Source: an uncultured Clostridia bacterium (GTDB lineage Bacteria > Bacillota > Clostridia > TANB77 > CAG-508). Taken from it: DNA of 64,000 bases. The stretch is taken from assembly GCA_947627105.1 (NCBI GenBank), contig CANQUT010000002.1:7625-71624 (forward strand). Direction: 5' to 3'. Positions within the stretch are counted from its first letter, which is position 1. Each line of letters starts with the position of its first letter. Under the pieces are notes generated by a model. It saw only the letters and a program-made list of their open reading frames with translations, was not told the origin of the DNA and did no database searches. Of this stretch, positions 31,270 to 41,784 are shown one piece after another. Position numbers and translations under genes: made by a program.

Positions 31270-32031
31270 TTATACTGACAAACAAATTTTAGCAAATTCA
31301 TCTGGTTTCAAGCTAGCTCCTCCTACTAATGCTCCATCTATATCTGAAGTAGAAAATAGTTCTTTACTATTTTCTGATTTTACACTTCCTCCATATAGAA
31401 TAATTAGTTTTTGAGCAGTTTCTTCATTGTAAAGACTTGCTACTTCTTTTCTTATTGTTTTTATCATTTCATTTGCATCATTTGATGTTGCTGTTTTTCC
31501 AGTACCAATAGCCCAAATAGGTTCATATGCAATTATAACTTGCTCTAAGCTATTATTTGTTATTCCTTCTAATGCAAGTTTTACTTGATTTTTTACTATT
31601 TCTTCTTGATTTCCAGCTTCTCTTTGCTCTAGGCTTTCACCTACACATACAATTGGTTTTAAGCCATTTTGTAAAGCTGATTTAATTTTTTTATTAACTG
31701 TTTCATCGTTTTCAGCAAAATACGCTCTTCTTTCAGAGTGACCTATAATAACATATTCCACTCCAATTGATTTTAGCATTTGTCCAGAAATTTCGCCTGT
31801 ATATGCTCCCTTTTCTTCCCAGTGCATATTTTGTGCACCTATTTTTATGTTTGTATTTTGAGCAGTTAATAAGCTATAAAATAAGTTTGTATATGGTACA
31901 CAAAGTATTATTTCATTTGATGTGTTTTGTACCCTAGGAGCAAAGTCTTCAATAAATTTTATTGCTTCATTTGGAAGCATATTCATTTTCCAATTTCCTG
32001 CAATTACTTTTTTTCTCATATAAAACTCCAT
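31270..32031 (-). CDS. tpiA: triosephosphate isomerase (start probably the ATG at 32019)
   Basis: AGNWKMN, IGHSERR and AYEPIWAIGTG motifs. Confidence 0.96.
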   Translation of the reverse strand: MEFYMRKKVIAGNWKMNMLPNEAIKFIEDFAPRVQNTSNEIILCVPYTNLFYSLLTAQNTNIKIGAQNMHWEEKGAYTGEISGQMLKSIGVEYVIIGHSERRAYFAENDETVNKKIKSALQNGLKPIVCVGESLEQREAGNQEEIVKNQVKLALEGITNNSLEQVIIAYEPIWAIGTGKTATSNDANEMIKTIRKEVASLYNEETAQKLIILYGGSVKSENSKELFSTSDIDGALVGGASLKPDEFAKICLSV

Positions 32032-32038
32032 TTCTTAT

Positions 32039-33376
32039 TTATTTTTCTTGTTGAATACTTCTGCTAGTTGGTATATCTGTTTTTTTTACTGCTTTGCTTG
32101 CATCATCTAATGCAGCAATTCCAGGTAATTCTTTACCTTCTAAGAATTCAAGCGATGCTCCTCCACCTGTTGATAAGTAAATATTTGAAAATTGTTTTGT
32201 ATCTTCTCCGTTTTCTTTTGCTTTTCTTTTAATTTTTTGAATAGCAGCTACAGAATCTCCTCCACCAATTACACATCTTGCTTTTCCTTTAGAAATATAT
32301 CTTGCAATAGCTTCTGTGCCATGTGCAAAGCTTGGAGCTTCTGTAAAGCCCAATGGTCCATTCCATACAATTGTTTTTGCTCCTTCTAGATCAATTGCAA
32401 AATGCTCTAATGTTTTTTCCCCTACATCTAAAATTTGCCATCCATCTAAGCTTTCAGCTTTTCCTTCTTCTACTTCTTTTTCTGTATAAAGTCTTACTTT
32501 TTTATGTTCAGCTGCTTCTATTTTTTCGCTATCTAATTCTTCTCCTTCTGGAATTCTAGCAACTTTTGCATCTTTTGGTAAAACAATTTCTACACCTTTA
32601 TCTAGTGCTTTTTTCATTAGGTCTTTGGCTGTTTGTACTTTATCTTTTTCATATACTGAGCTTCCTATATCATAGCCTTTTGCTTTTAAGAAAGTATTTG
32701 CCATTGCTCCACCAATTTCTATTCTTTCTACTTTTTCAAGTAGATTTTCTATTACGCCAATTTTATCTGAAACTTTTGCTCCACCTAAAATTGCTACAAA
32801 TGGCTCTTCTGGACTTTCTAAAACTGCGCCTAATTCTGAAATTTCTTTTTCCATTAAAAGACCTGCTACAGATGTTTCTACATGGTGTGCTACACCTTCT
32901 GTAGAACTATGTGCTCTATGTGCAGTTCCAAAAGCATCATTAACATATATTCCATCTGAACCTATTAGTTCAGAAAGTTCTAATGCTAAAGTGTCATCAT
33001 TTTTTTCTTCTCTTGGATCAAAACGTACATTTTCAAGAAGTCCTGCTTCTCCTTCTTTTAAAGATTCTGCCATTTGATGTGCACTACTTCCAGTAACATC
33101 TTCTGCAAGTTTTACCTCTGTTCCTAATTCTTCTGATAATTTATCAGCTACTGGTTTTAGAGAATATTTTTCATTTACTTCTCCCTTTGGTCTTCCTAGG
33201 TGTGAGCATAGTACAACCTTTGCACCATTTTCTGTTAAATATTTAATTGTAGGAAGTGCTGCCTGAATTCTTGTATCATCTGCAACTTCTCCGTCTTTTA
33301 AAGGTACATTAAAATCACAACGTACTAATACTTTTTTTCCTTTTACATCAATATCACGTATTGTTTTTTTCTCCAT
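32039..33376 (-). CDS. pgk: phosphoglycerate kinase (445 aa; acidic internal insertion and C-terminal extension)
   Basis: RCDFNVP, SHLGRP and GGGDS motifs. Confidence 0.95.
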   Translation of the reverse strand: MEKKTIRDIDVKGKKVLVRCDFNVPLKDGEVADDTRIQAALPTIKYLTENGAKVVLCSHLGRPKGEVNEKYSLKPVADKLSEELGTEVKLAEDVTGSSAHQMAESLKEGEAGLLENVRFDPREEKNDDTLALELSELIGSDGIYVNDAFGTAHRAHSSTEGVAHHVETSVAGLLMEKEISELGAVLESPEEPFVAILGGAKVSDKIGVIENLLEKVERIEIGGAMANTFLKAKGYDIGSSVYEKDKVQTAKDLMKKALDKGVEIVLPKDAKVARIPEGEELDSEKIEAAEHKKVRLYTEKEVEEGKAESLDGWQILDVGEKTLEHFAIDLEGAKTIVWNGPLGFTEAPSFAHGTEAIARYISKGKARCVIGGGDSVAAIQKIKRKAKENGEDTKQFSNIYLSTGGGASLEFLEGKELPGIAALDDASKAVKKTDIPTSRSIQQEK

Positions 33377-33444
33377 ATTAAAATTCCTTTCTAATACTAA
33401 AGTTTATAAATTTTTTAACATTGCTTTACTATTGTTTAATTTTC

Positions 33445-33705
33445 TTACGATTCGAATTTTGGTGTTACACTTTCAATTTCTTGTAATTCAAATCTATATT
33501 TTTGTTTTACATTTGGATATTTTTCATGGTCAACTTCGCTTAAAAACATATCATATGGTCTAATATATAATTCGCTATTTCCATATAAAGCTCTATATAT
33601 AACATATTTTTCTCTTGTTTCGCTATGTGTTGCAACATTTTCAACTAAATAATAATCTCCTTTAAAGTGTTTATATACTCCATGTATTTTTACTTCACTT
33701 TCCAT
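33445..33705 (-). CDS. DUF1653-family small protein
   Basis: YKHFKGDYYLV...HSETREKYVIYRALY matches the DUF1653 pattern. The start is taken at the ATG with RBS aggagg. Confidence 0.6.
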   Translation of the reverse strand: MESEVKIHGVYKHFKGDYYLVENVATHSETREKYVIYRALYGNSELYIRPYDMFLSEVDHEKYPNVKQKYRFELQEIESVTPKFES

Positions 33706-33801
33706 GTTTTTTCCTCCTATTTTATATAAATTTTTAAAAGCCTTATACCTCATAATTACTACTATGTTTTAAAAATAAAACATAGTAGTAATTTTTTAAA
33801 A

Positions 33802-34806
<1,005 letters not shown>

Positions 34807-35019
34807 TTAAATTCCTCCTTTTTAGATGTTTCCATCTTATTTTTTTGTTTTATGCATATTATATCCTAATCAGTGTAATTTTATATCAAAAAAGAATACT
34901 TTTCAAGTATTCTTTCATATTTTATATTATTTATTTTAAAATTTTAAGAGATAGAAAATAAACTCCACATTTACTGGAATCTATTTTCTATCTCTTACAT
35001 TAAATACATATATATTTTA

Positions 35020-35244
35020 CTATAAAGTAATATTATCTATAATTTCAATTTCTTGAAACAAAAAGTCATGTATACCTTTTGCAGTGATATCTTGATGCCA
35101 AAAGTCATGTACCTCTTGAAATACTTTTTGTTGTTTTGGTGTCATTGTTACTGTAATTTCTTTAAATAAAAAATTTTTCATTTTAGTCCATACACTAACT
35201 TCTGCTGGTAAAGCATTTGCTACATTATTTTCTAAATCTTCCAT
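35020..35244 (-). CDS. hypothetical 74-aa protein
   Basis: ORF with RBS aaggagg. No motif recognised. Confidence 0.35.
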   Translation of the reverse strand: MEDLENNVANALPAEVSVWTKMKNFLFKEITVTMTPKQQKVFQEVHDFWHQDITAKGIHDFLFQEIEIIDNITL

Positions 35245-35379
35245 TGTTTTTCCTCCTTTGTAAGAGTATATCTTATCACATTTACATATTATTTATACTA
35301 TAATAGTTTAAAATATTCAAGTATTTTTAGTTATTTTTATATTACGTTTTAGTTACATTTTTGTAATAATAATGTAATA

Positions 35380-35934
35380 TTATATTTCCATTTGGCTTCC
35401 TAAAAAGCTAGCTGCAGACTGTGCTACTTTTTGTTCTATTTCTGTCATTTTTGTGTTATTGTCTTTTGATAATAGTATTACACTCCCAATAACATCTCCA
35501 TCTGAAATAATTGGATAAACTACTTGTGAATTATATCTTCTTTCTTTATTCTCATTTTTTGTAATTGGAATTGCTAAATCATTGTTTTCCTTACTAGTAT
35601 ATCTTTCTTTATCGTCCATTACCTTTTCTAATTCTTCGCTAATATCTTGCTCTAAAAATTCTTTTTTAGATCCACCAGATACGGCAATTACTGTATCTTT
35701 ATCTGTAATGCAAGCAATATGTCCTGTTGTTTTTGCTAATGTTTCAGCATAGCCTGTTGCAAATTCTGTTAATTCACCAATAGGAGAATATTTTTTTAGT
35801 ATAACTTCTCCTTCTTTATCTGTAAAAATTTCTAAAGGGTCTCCTTCTTTTATTCTTAGTGTTTTTCTTATTTCTTTTGGAATAACAACTCTTCCTAAAT
35901 CATCTATTCTTCTAACTACTCCTGTTGCTTTCAA
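35380..35934 (-). CDS. spoVT: stage V sporulation protein T (AbrB-family regulator)
   Basis: TTG start after aaaggaggt. MKATGVVRRIDDLGRVVIPKEIRKTLRIKEGDPLEIF is near-identical to the SpoVT N-terminus, followed by a GAF-like C-terminal domain. Confidence 0.9.
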   Translation of the reverse strand: MKATGVVRRIDDLGRVVIPKEIRKTLRIKEGDPLEIFTDKEGEVILKKYSPIGELTEFATGYAETLAKTTGHIACITDKDTVIAVSGGSKKEFLEQDISEELEKVMDDKERYTSKENNDLAIPITKNENKERRYNSQVVYPIISDGDVIGSVILLSKDNNTKMTEIEQKVAQSAASFLGSQMEI

Positions 35935-36371
35935 AATATTACCTCCTTTTAAATTTAGGGCCAAAAGCCCTATGCAAAATAATAATTAATTTTTAAAAAC
36001 TATTCTTATTATTGCTTTAAAAGGAAATTTTTATACATTTTTTTGAAGTTAGTTTAAATTTTAATAGACATTATCTATATGTTCCATTTTTTATTATATA
36101 TATATCTTCTACTAAGTTGCTTGATTCATCATAAGATAACTTATATCTAGTTTTATTACATCAATAAATTTTGGAAAACTGTGTATATCTTTTAATTTTA
36201 TAACAACTGTTATATTATCATTTTTATTAAGGTCCTTTAATAATATTTTCCAAATAAAAATTTAGAAGTTAAATACAAAAAATTAAGAAAGAAATACTTC
36301 ATATTTCATAAGTTTAATGTATAAAGATTTTCTTAAAAAACTAGGAATAGACTAATTCCTAGTTTTTTGTT

Positions 36372-37610
36372 TTATTTTTTAAATGTTATGTTACTTGTAT
36401 ATTTATAAGTAAAATTTGCCGAATAATTTGAGTCCACTAAAGAGAATGATAATTTTATATTACCTGAAGAATAAGTCACATTTGCCTTTCCAGTAGCCCC
36501 ACTTTTAGAAATCAAGGCTGGGTAAGAACTAACTAGTTTCGATGGAATCGATTTTCCTTTTTTTACATTTATCTTTATTGGAACTGTAAATTCTTTTTGA
36601 TTAAGAAGTGTGCTTAAAGTAGAATAGTTAGTATAAGAATAAAATCTTACATTACCACTTATATCAACAGATCCATCATCTTTAATTTTACATTTAATAT
36701 TGAAAGATTCAGAATAGTTAGCTGTCCAGTCTTCCCATATTCCAGTACTATCATGAGTTTGTCTAACATTCATTTTTCCATTAGAGCCTTTCCATGTTCC
36801 AGTTAAATTTACAAAATTTTTATAATCATTTAAAGTTTTAATTCTAGTAGCAACACTTATATCATTATAAGTGAAATTCTTCGGTAATTTCTCAAATACT
36901 TTTTTTGCATCAGACAATGCTCCATCTTGATATTTTTCTTCAGCTAACATAAGATTTGAAGCATTTATTTTATTGTTACTATCCTCATATCCATCTGCCT
37001 TTTTATAATTAGTTATAGCTGAATTATAATCTTTATTATTAAATAGATCCTCTGCTTTTAAATAATATGCTTTTAATAAATTTTCTTTACTTTTCTCAAA
37101 ATCCTTCAAATTAGATAGCAAACTAATTGCACTATCATATTCTTTATTTTCAATATTTAATAAAGCTTTTGCATAATTAGTAAAATCCTTAGTCTCGGAT
37201 AATTTAGTTTTATCTAAAACTTCAACAGCTACTTGGTAATTTGTTTGATTAATCAACTCTTTTCCATATTCTAAATAGCTTTTTTCCAATAGCTCTGATG
37301 AATCTTTATAATCTAATATTTGTTCAAAACATCCCACAGCTTTATCATAATTACCTTGTTCGAAGTTTGACTTACCAATATTATAATATATCATAGGTAT
37401 AGCAAATATTTTTACTAAAACAATTATAATTACTAAAACAACAAATATAATAATATTTCTTTTATTAAATAATTTGTGAAAAATATTTTTAGAATTATCC
37501 TTTTTAATATCTTCCTTTCCCTCTAAAGTTTCTTTTTTCTCTAAATTTTCTTTCCCTTCTAGAGTTTCCTTTTCATCTAGTTCATCAGTTTTCATATTAT
37601 CTTCATCCAT
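36372..37610 (-). CDS. membrane-anchored TPR-repeat protein with beta-rich C-terminal domain
   Basis: One TM segment, repeated Y..A...Y TPR-like units, then an unknown C-terminal domain. Confidence 0.5.
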   Translation of the reverse strand: MDEDNMKTDELDEKETLEGKENLEKKETLEGKEDIKKDNSKNIFHKLFNKRNIIIFVVLVIIIVLVKIFAIPMIYYNIGKSNFEQGNYDKAVGCFEQILDYKDSSELLEKSYLEYGKELINQTNYQVAVEVLDKTKLSETKDFTNYAKALLNIENKEYDSAISLLSNLKDFEKSKENLLKAYYLKAEDLFNNKDYNSAITNYKKADGYEDSNNKINASNLMLAEEKYQDGALSDAKKVFEKLPKNFTYNDISVATRIKTLNDYKNFVNLTGTWKGSNGKMNVRQTHDSTGIWEDWTANYSESFNIKCKIKDDGSVDISGNVRFYSYTNYSTLSTLLNQKEFTVPIKINVKKGKSIPSKLVSSYPALISKSGATGKANVTYSSGNIKLSFSLVDSNYSANFTYKYTSNITFKK

Positions 37611-37917
37611 TTTTTACTCCACTCCCCATTTAAATTCAAAATCTTATTATTACCCAGGTATTTTAACAAATGAAACTTCAGCTTCTTTATATTCATAAGC
37701 AAATTCATTTTTTACACCTGTTTTACAGTATAATAATACAAAATAATTATCTTTTTATTTTTCATCTTACCCCCTTTTTTTCTTATTCTACAATATTAGA
37801 ATTAAATTTGCAATATATATTGGACTATTTTTAATCTATAATATAGGTACTTGTGTTTATTTTCGCTATATTTTTTTTAACAGGTTTGGTCGTAAAATAT
37901 ATTTATAAAAATTTATA

Positions 37918-39672
37918 TTATTTTATTAAATAAACATCACACATATTAAGTCTTTTTAAATATGTTACATTTTCTAGTTTAAGGGTTTGTTTTATTGTAT
38001 TTATTATTTTTTCATTTTCTTGAATATCATTTATAAATACTAACATTCCATTTGAAATATCTTTATTAATCATTATAGATTTAATGTTTTCTCCATTACA
38101 TTCAATGTCTTTAGCGATGTACGATTCATTTAAAATTGAAAATAATAATATTTCATCTAAAAATCTATCATTACTAGAGTTTAATAAATATAATGCTGGC
38201 AAATTTGCATTGTTTTTTATAAATTTTGTAATATCTTTTTTATTAGAATATATGACTTCTGGCTCTATTTTTAAGTTTTTTATGAATAGCAATGTATTAT
38301 CTATTGGAACTTCTTTAATATTAGGGAAAATGTCTATTGGTAGATTTAATTCGTCTTTTAATTTTTTAGTAATTTCTGCTTTGCTTGAATATGAACTTTC
38401 TTGTTCATTTCTAAAGTCTTCTCCAATTACTAAGCTTACAAATTTATTTGCTACAAATGGCATTATAAATACTAGTAAAAATATAGTAATTAAAATTTTA
38501 TTTGCTGTTTTTTCTTTAACTACATTGTTTAATAATTGTATAATTAAATATATAGCAAGTATGAATAATAAACTGCATACTGGCATTATGTATCTTAATT
38601 CTAGCCATGGTGAACATATTGCTGCTAATACAGTATAAAAAATGGTTGGAACTGCTACATATTTTACATATTTATTTTTTTCATTTATTTTGCTACATTT
38701 TTTTAATTTTCTATATATTAATATTCCTAAAATAAGAAATAGTATTATAAGTAGTGTATTGTTAAAGGCATCTACATCTATTATTAGCATATATACAGCT
38801 ATATGTTTTATTGCTTCTAAAATATTAGTTAAATTGCTTAATGCGCCTTGCCCTCTATAGCCAAAAAATATGTGGTTAATTGAATAAGGAAATATAATTA
38901 GTGATATAACTGCAGCCAAAACCATTGTTAATATATATTTTGCAAGTTCTACATATTCTTTTTCTTTTATGTATTTTATAGTAAACATTATAAATAATAT
39001 TGCTAAATAAAATAAGTAATAATAATGAGTTAAAGATCCCATTAATGCTGATATTCCTATTAATAGCAATAATTTATAATTTTTTCCTTTTGAATCTAAT
39101 AATTTAAGATGTAAATATGTTGTAATTAATATGTTTAAAGTAGATAGTGCATACATTCTTATATAAATAACATTATTTATAGATGATAATGTTAAACTAG
39201 ATATTAATGTTAAAATTGCAGACTTTTCTTTGTAGTTATTTTCCTTTTCTAATAACTTACTAATAATTAAGTATGTGAATATAGATATAAAAATATATAT
39301 AATTATATTTAAAATTAATCCAGGCCATTTAGAATAACTACCTACATGAAATCCCATAGCAATTCTTAAAAGTAAATAATATAGTGGTGGGTGTACATCA
39401 TTTTTTTGATTTTCATAAACTGGCTTATAATTTCCAAGCTCATTTTCATTTACTGCTAAATAATCTTCATAATATTCTTTGTTATGCCATGTGTTATAGA
39501 AATCTTCGTTTTGCTGTATATTAACTTTGTTATAACTTGCTAAGCCTAAAGAATAGGCTTCATCCATATGTATATATGATTTATTTATACCTGCTATTAT
39601 AAATACAGTAGTTTGAATTATTAGAATTATAAAAATAAAAAGTATATCTTTTTTTCTAGACTTTAATTTCAT
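37918..39672 (-). CDS. polytopic glycosyltransferase, GT39/ArnT-PMT-like
   Basis: HMDEAYS and DVHPPLYYLL loop motifs with more than 10 TM segments. Confidence 0.55.
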   Translation of the reverse strand: MKLKSRKKDILFIFIILIIQTTVFIIAGINKSYIHMDEAYSLGLASYNKVNIQQNEDFYNTWHNKEYYEDYLAVNENELGNYKPVYENQKNDVHPPLYYLLLRIAMGFHVGSYSKWPGLILNIIIYIFISIFTYLIISKLLEKENNYKEKSAILTLISSLTLSSINNVIYIRMYALSTLNILITTYLHLKLLDSKGKNYKLLLLIGISALMGSLTHYYYLFYLAILFIMFTIKYIKEKEYVELAKYILTMVLAAVISLIIFPYSINHIFFGYRGQGALSNLTNILEAIKHIAVYMLIIDVDAFNNTLLIILFLILGILIYRKLKKCSKINEKNKYVKYVAVPTIFYTVLAAICSPWLELRYIMPVCSLLFILAIYLIIQLLNNVVKEKTANKILITIFLLVFIMPFVANKFVSLVIGEDFRNEQESSYSSKAEITKKLKDELNLPIDIFPNIKEVPIDNTLLFIKNLKIEPEVIYSNKKDITKFIKNNANLPALYLLNSSNDRFLDEILLFSILNESYIAKDIECNGENIKSIMINKDISNGMLVFINDIQENEKIINTIKQTLKLENVTYLKRLNMCDVYLIK

Positions 39673-40474
39673 ATTTTTCCTCTACTTTTAATTCATTATT
39701 ATTTTTATTAGTATTATTTTCTTTGAATTTTGTATTATTTTCTAAGTATTGTACTACCTTTATTATGTAATAAGAAATATAAAATGGTATTGTCATTTGT
39801 AATGCTATCATAATTATTGTAAATAAAAAGCCTCCATTAGTCATTTTGTATAATGCTTCAATTGGTGTACCTGGAAAATTGTTTGATATAAACATTAAAT
39901 TTCCATTAAAAAGTTTATTTACAATTAATGCTACAATGCTCATGCACATTATTAAACTTGCAAAATATTTTACATCTGATTTTTTTAATTCTACATATTT
40001 TGTTTTATTTATTAATATTCCTAAATATACCATTGTTCCATGAAATAAAAAGCTGTGAATACTTAAAATATGAAAAGCTGGATATATAGGCAGTGAAGTT
40101 GATGGATATATCATAAATACTATTCCACCTATTATTGAACCAGTTGCTAATGAAACATCTCCTACTCTTTTTAAAGTACCTTTTGCAAATGAACTTAATA
40201 AGCCTGCATATAATAAAATACTACAATAATAAAGTGGTAAATATGTATTTACTGCACTAAAAGAGTTTTGCTTTATATTGTAAGCTATTTTTCCAATTTC
40301 TAATATACATGCAATTATAGTTATATTCTTTATAATTTTGTATACTTGTTCTTTATTTTTATTAGCTGTTTTTTTAAGTGCAATAAAAATTCCTATTATT
40401 GTAATTAAAATTAAATTAAAATGCCCTATTGTAAATATTCCACATGGTTTGTATTCTCCTATATTTGAAAACAT
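39656..40474 (-). CDS. integral membrane protein, unknown (possibly YwaF/TIGR02206-like)
   Basis: About 7 TM segments. It overlaps the downstream GT39-like gene, suggesting an operon. Confidence 0.4.
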   Translation of the reverse strand: MFSNIGEYKPCGIFTIGHFNLILITIIGIFIALKKTANKNKEQVYKIIKNITIIACILEIGKIAYNIKQNSFSAVNTYLPLYYCSILLYAGLLSSFAKGTLKRVGDVSLATGSIIGGIVFMIYPSTSLPIYPAFHILSIHSFLFHGTMVYLGILINKTKYVELKKSDVKYFASLIMCMSIVALIVNKLFNGNLMFISNNFPGTPIEALYKMTNGGFLFTIIMIALQMTIPFYISYYIIKVVQYLENNTKFKENNTNKNNNELKVEEKYEIKV

Positions 40475-40697
40475 TTTATTTCATCTCTTTCTACTAAATT
40501 TGTTAATTTTATATTTCATTTAATTGCTTTCTATAGTAAAAGTATAACAAAAAAATATATAGCTTTCAATACATACTTTTTTAACATTTTCTTAATTTAT
40601 AATACTTTAATTTTAAAATAAGTAACGCTTAACTAAAATTTAATATTATCACTTGAAAATGTAAATACTTTTTTGCTATTATAACTATAAAGGAGAT

Positions 40698-41171
40698 GTG
40701 TACAATTTGAATGTTAAAATTATAACAAATATAAGTGATAATGTTAATAATGATGAAATAGAAGTTACAATTTCTGCTTCTAAAAGTTCAGTGGAACTTA
40801 CTAATATTATAAATAGTATTCAAGCAGTTTCTAACTCTAATTCAGTAATTGCTGGAAAAAAAGAAAACAAAATATATATTTTGCCAATAGATGATATTAT
40901 TTTGTTTTATTCTTCTAATAACAATATTTATTGTAAAACTTTATCTAATGAGTATATTGTAGATAAAAAAATTTATGAAATTGAGCAATCCTATTCTAAT
41001 AAATTTATTAGAATATCTAAGTCTTATATTGTTAATGTTTTATATATTGAGAGTTTTGATTTAAGTTATATTGGAAATATAATTGTAAAATTAAAAAATG
41101 GTGAAACGCAAAATGTTGCTAAAAGAAGGATGCCACAAGTAATGAAATTTATAAATTCATTAAAGTCATAA
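40698..41171 (+). CDS. LytTR-domain DNA-binding protein
   Basis: The C-terminal IYILPIDDIILFYSSNNNIYCKT...FIRISKSYIVNV pattern is typical of LytTR. Confidence 0.7.
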   Translation: MYNLNVKIITNISDNVNNDEIEVTISASKSSVELTNIINSIQAVSNSNSVIAGKKENKIYILPIDDIILFYSSNNNIYCKTLSNEYIVDKKIYEIEQSYSNKFIRISKSYIVNVLYIESFDLSYIGNIIVKLKNGETQNVAKRRMPQVMKFINSLKS

Positions 41172-41191
41172 TTTTTAGGAGGTTTAACTTT

Positions 41192-41725
41192 ATGAAAAAG
41201 TATTTAAAAACTGCATTTTTTAGTATAATAATATTTTATTTTATTATAAGTGTTATATTTAATTTTTGTATTTATTTTATTACTAAAAATCAATTAAAAC
41301 CATACACTGAAATGTTGCTTTCTAATGGTTCTATAGAAATTGATCATAGTTTTAGTACTTATGATTTAATGAATATTAGCGAACTTAGTGGTAACCTAAA
41401 GATTGTTAGTCAAAATATCTTTATACTTTTAGTATGCATTCTTATTGGTATAATTGTAGGTATTATAAAAGTTTTAAAGGAATTTTCAAAATTAAAATAT
41501 TTATTATATTTTATACTTGGTTATATTATATATATAGGTATTTTAGCTGTATTTATATATTTTTCTAATCAAATATATAATTTAGATTTATTTTCAATGA
41601 TAGGAAGTATTATGCTACAATTTTCTTTATTATATATTTTATTCTTTTTTATAGTTGTTGCTATTAATATGATTATTATTAAAGTTCAAATAAATAAATT
41701 AAATAAATCTTTAAATAAAAATTAA
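41192..41725 (+). CDS. 4-TM membrane protein partnered with the LytTR gene
   Basis: Hydrophobic ORF 20 nt downstream, with RBS aggagg. Confidence 0.5.
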   Translation: MKKYLKTAFFSIIIFYFIISVIFNFCIYFITKNQLKPYTEMLLSNGSIEIDHSFSTYDLMNISELSGNLKIVSQNIFILLVCILIGIIVGIIKVLKEFSKLKYLLYFILGYIIYIGILAVFIYFSNQIYNLDLFSMIGSIMLQFSLLYILFFFIVVAINMIIIKVQINKLNKSLNKN

Positions 41726-41746
41726 AAAATATCTTTACTAAGTACA

Positions 41747-41780
41747 AAAAGTGCACTTTATATTTAAAAGTGCACTTTTT
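41747..41780. terminator. bidirectional terminator
   Basis: A 10-bp stem aaaagtgcac/gtgcactttt between convergent genes. Confidence 0.6.
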
Positions 41781-41784
41781 AAGA

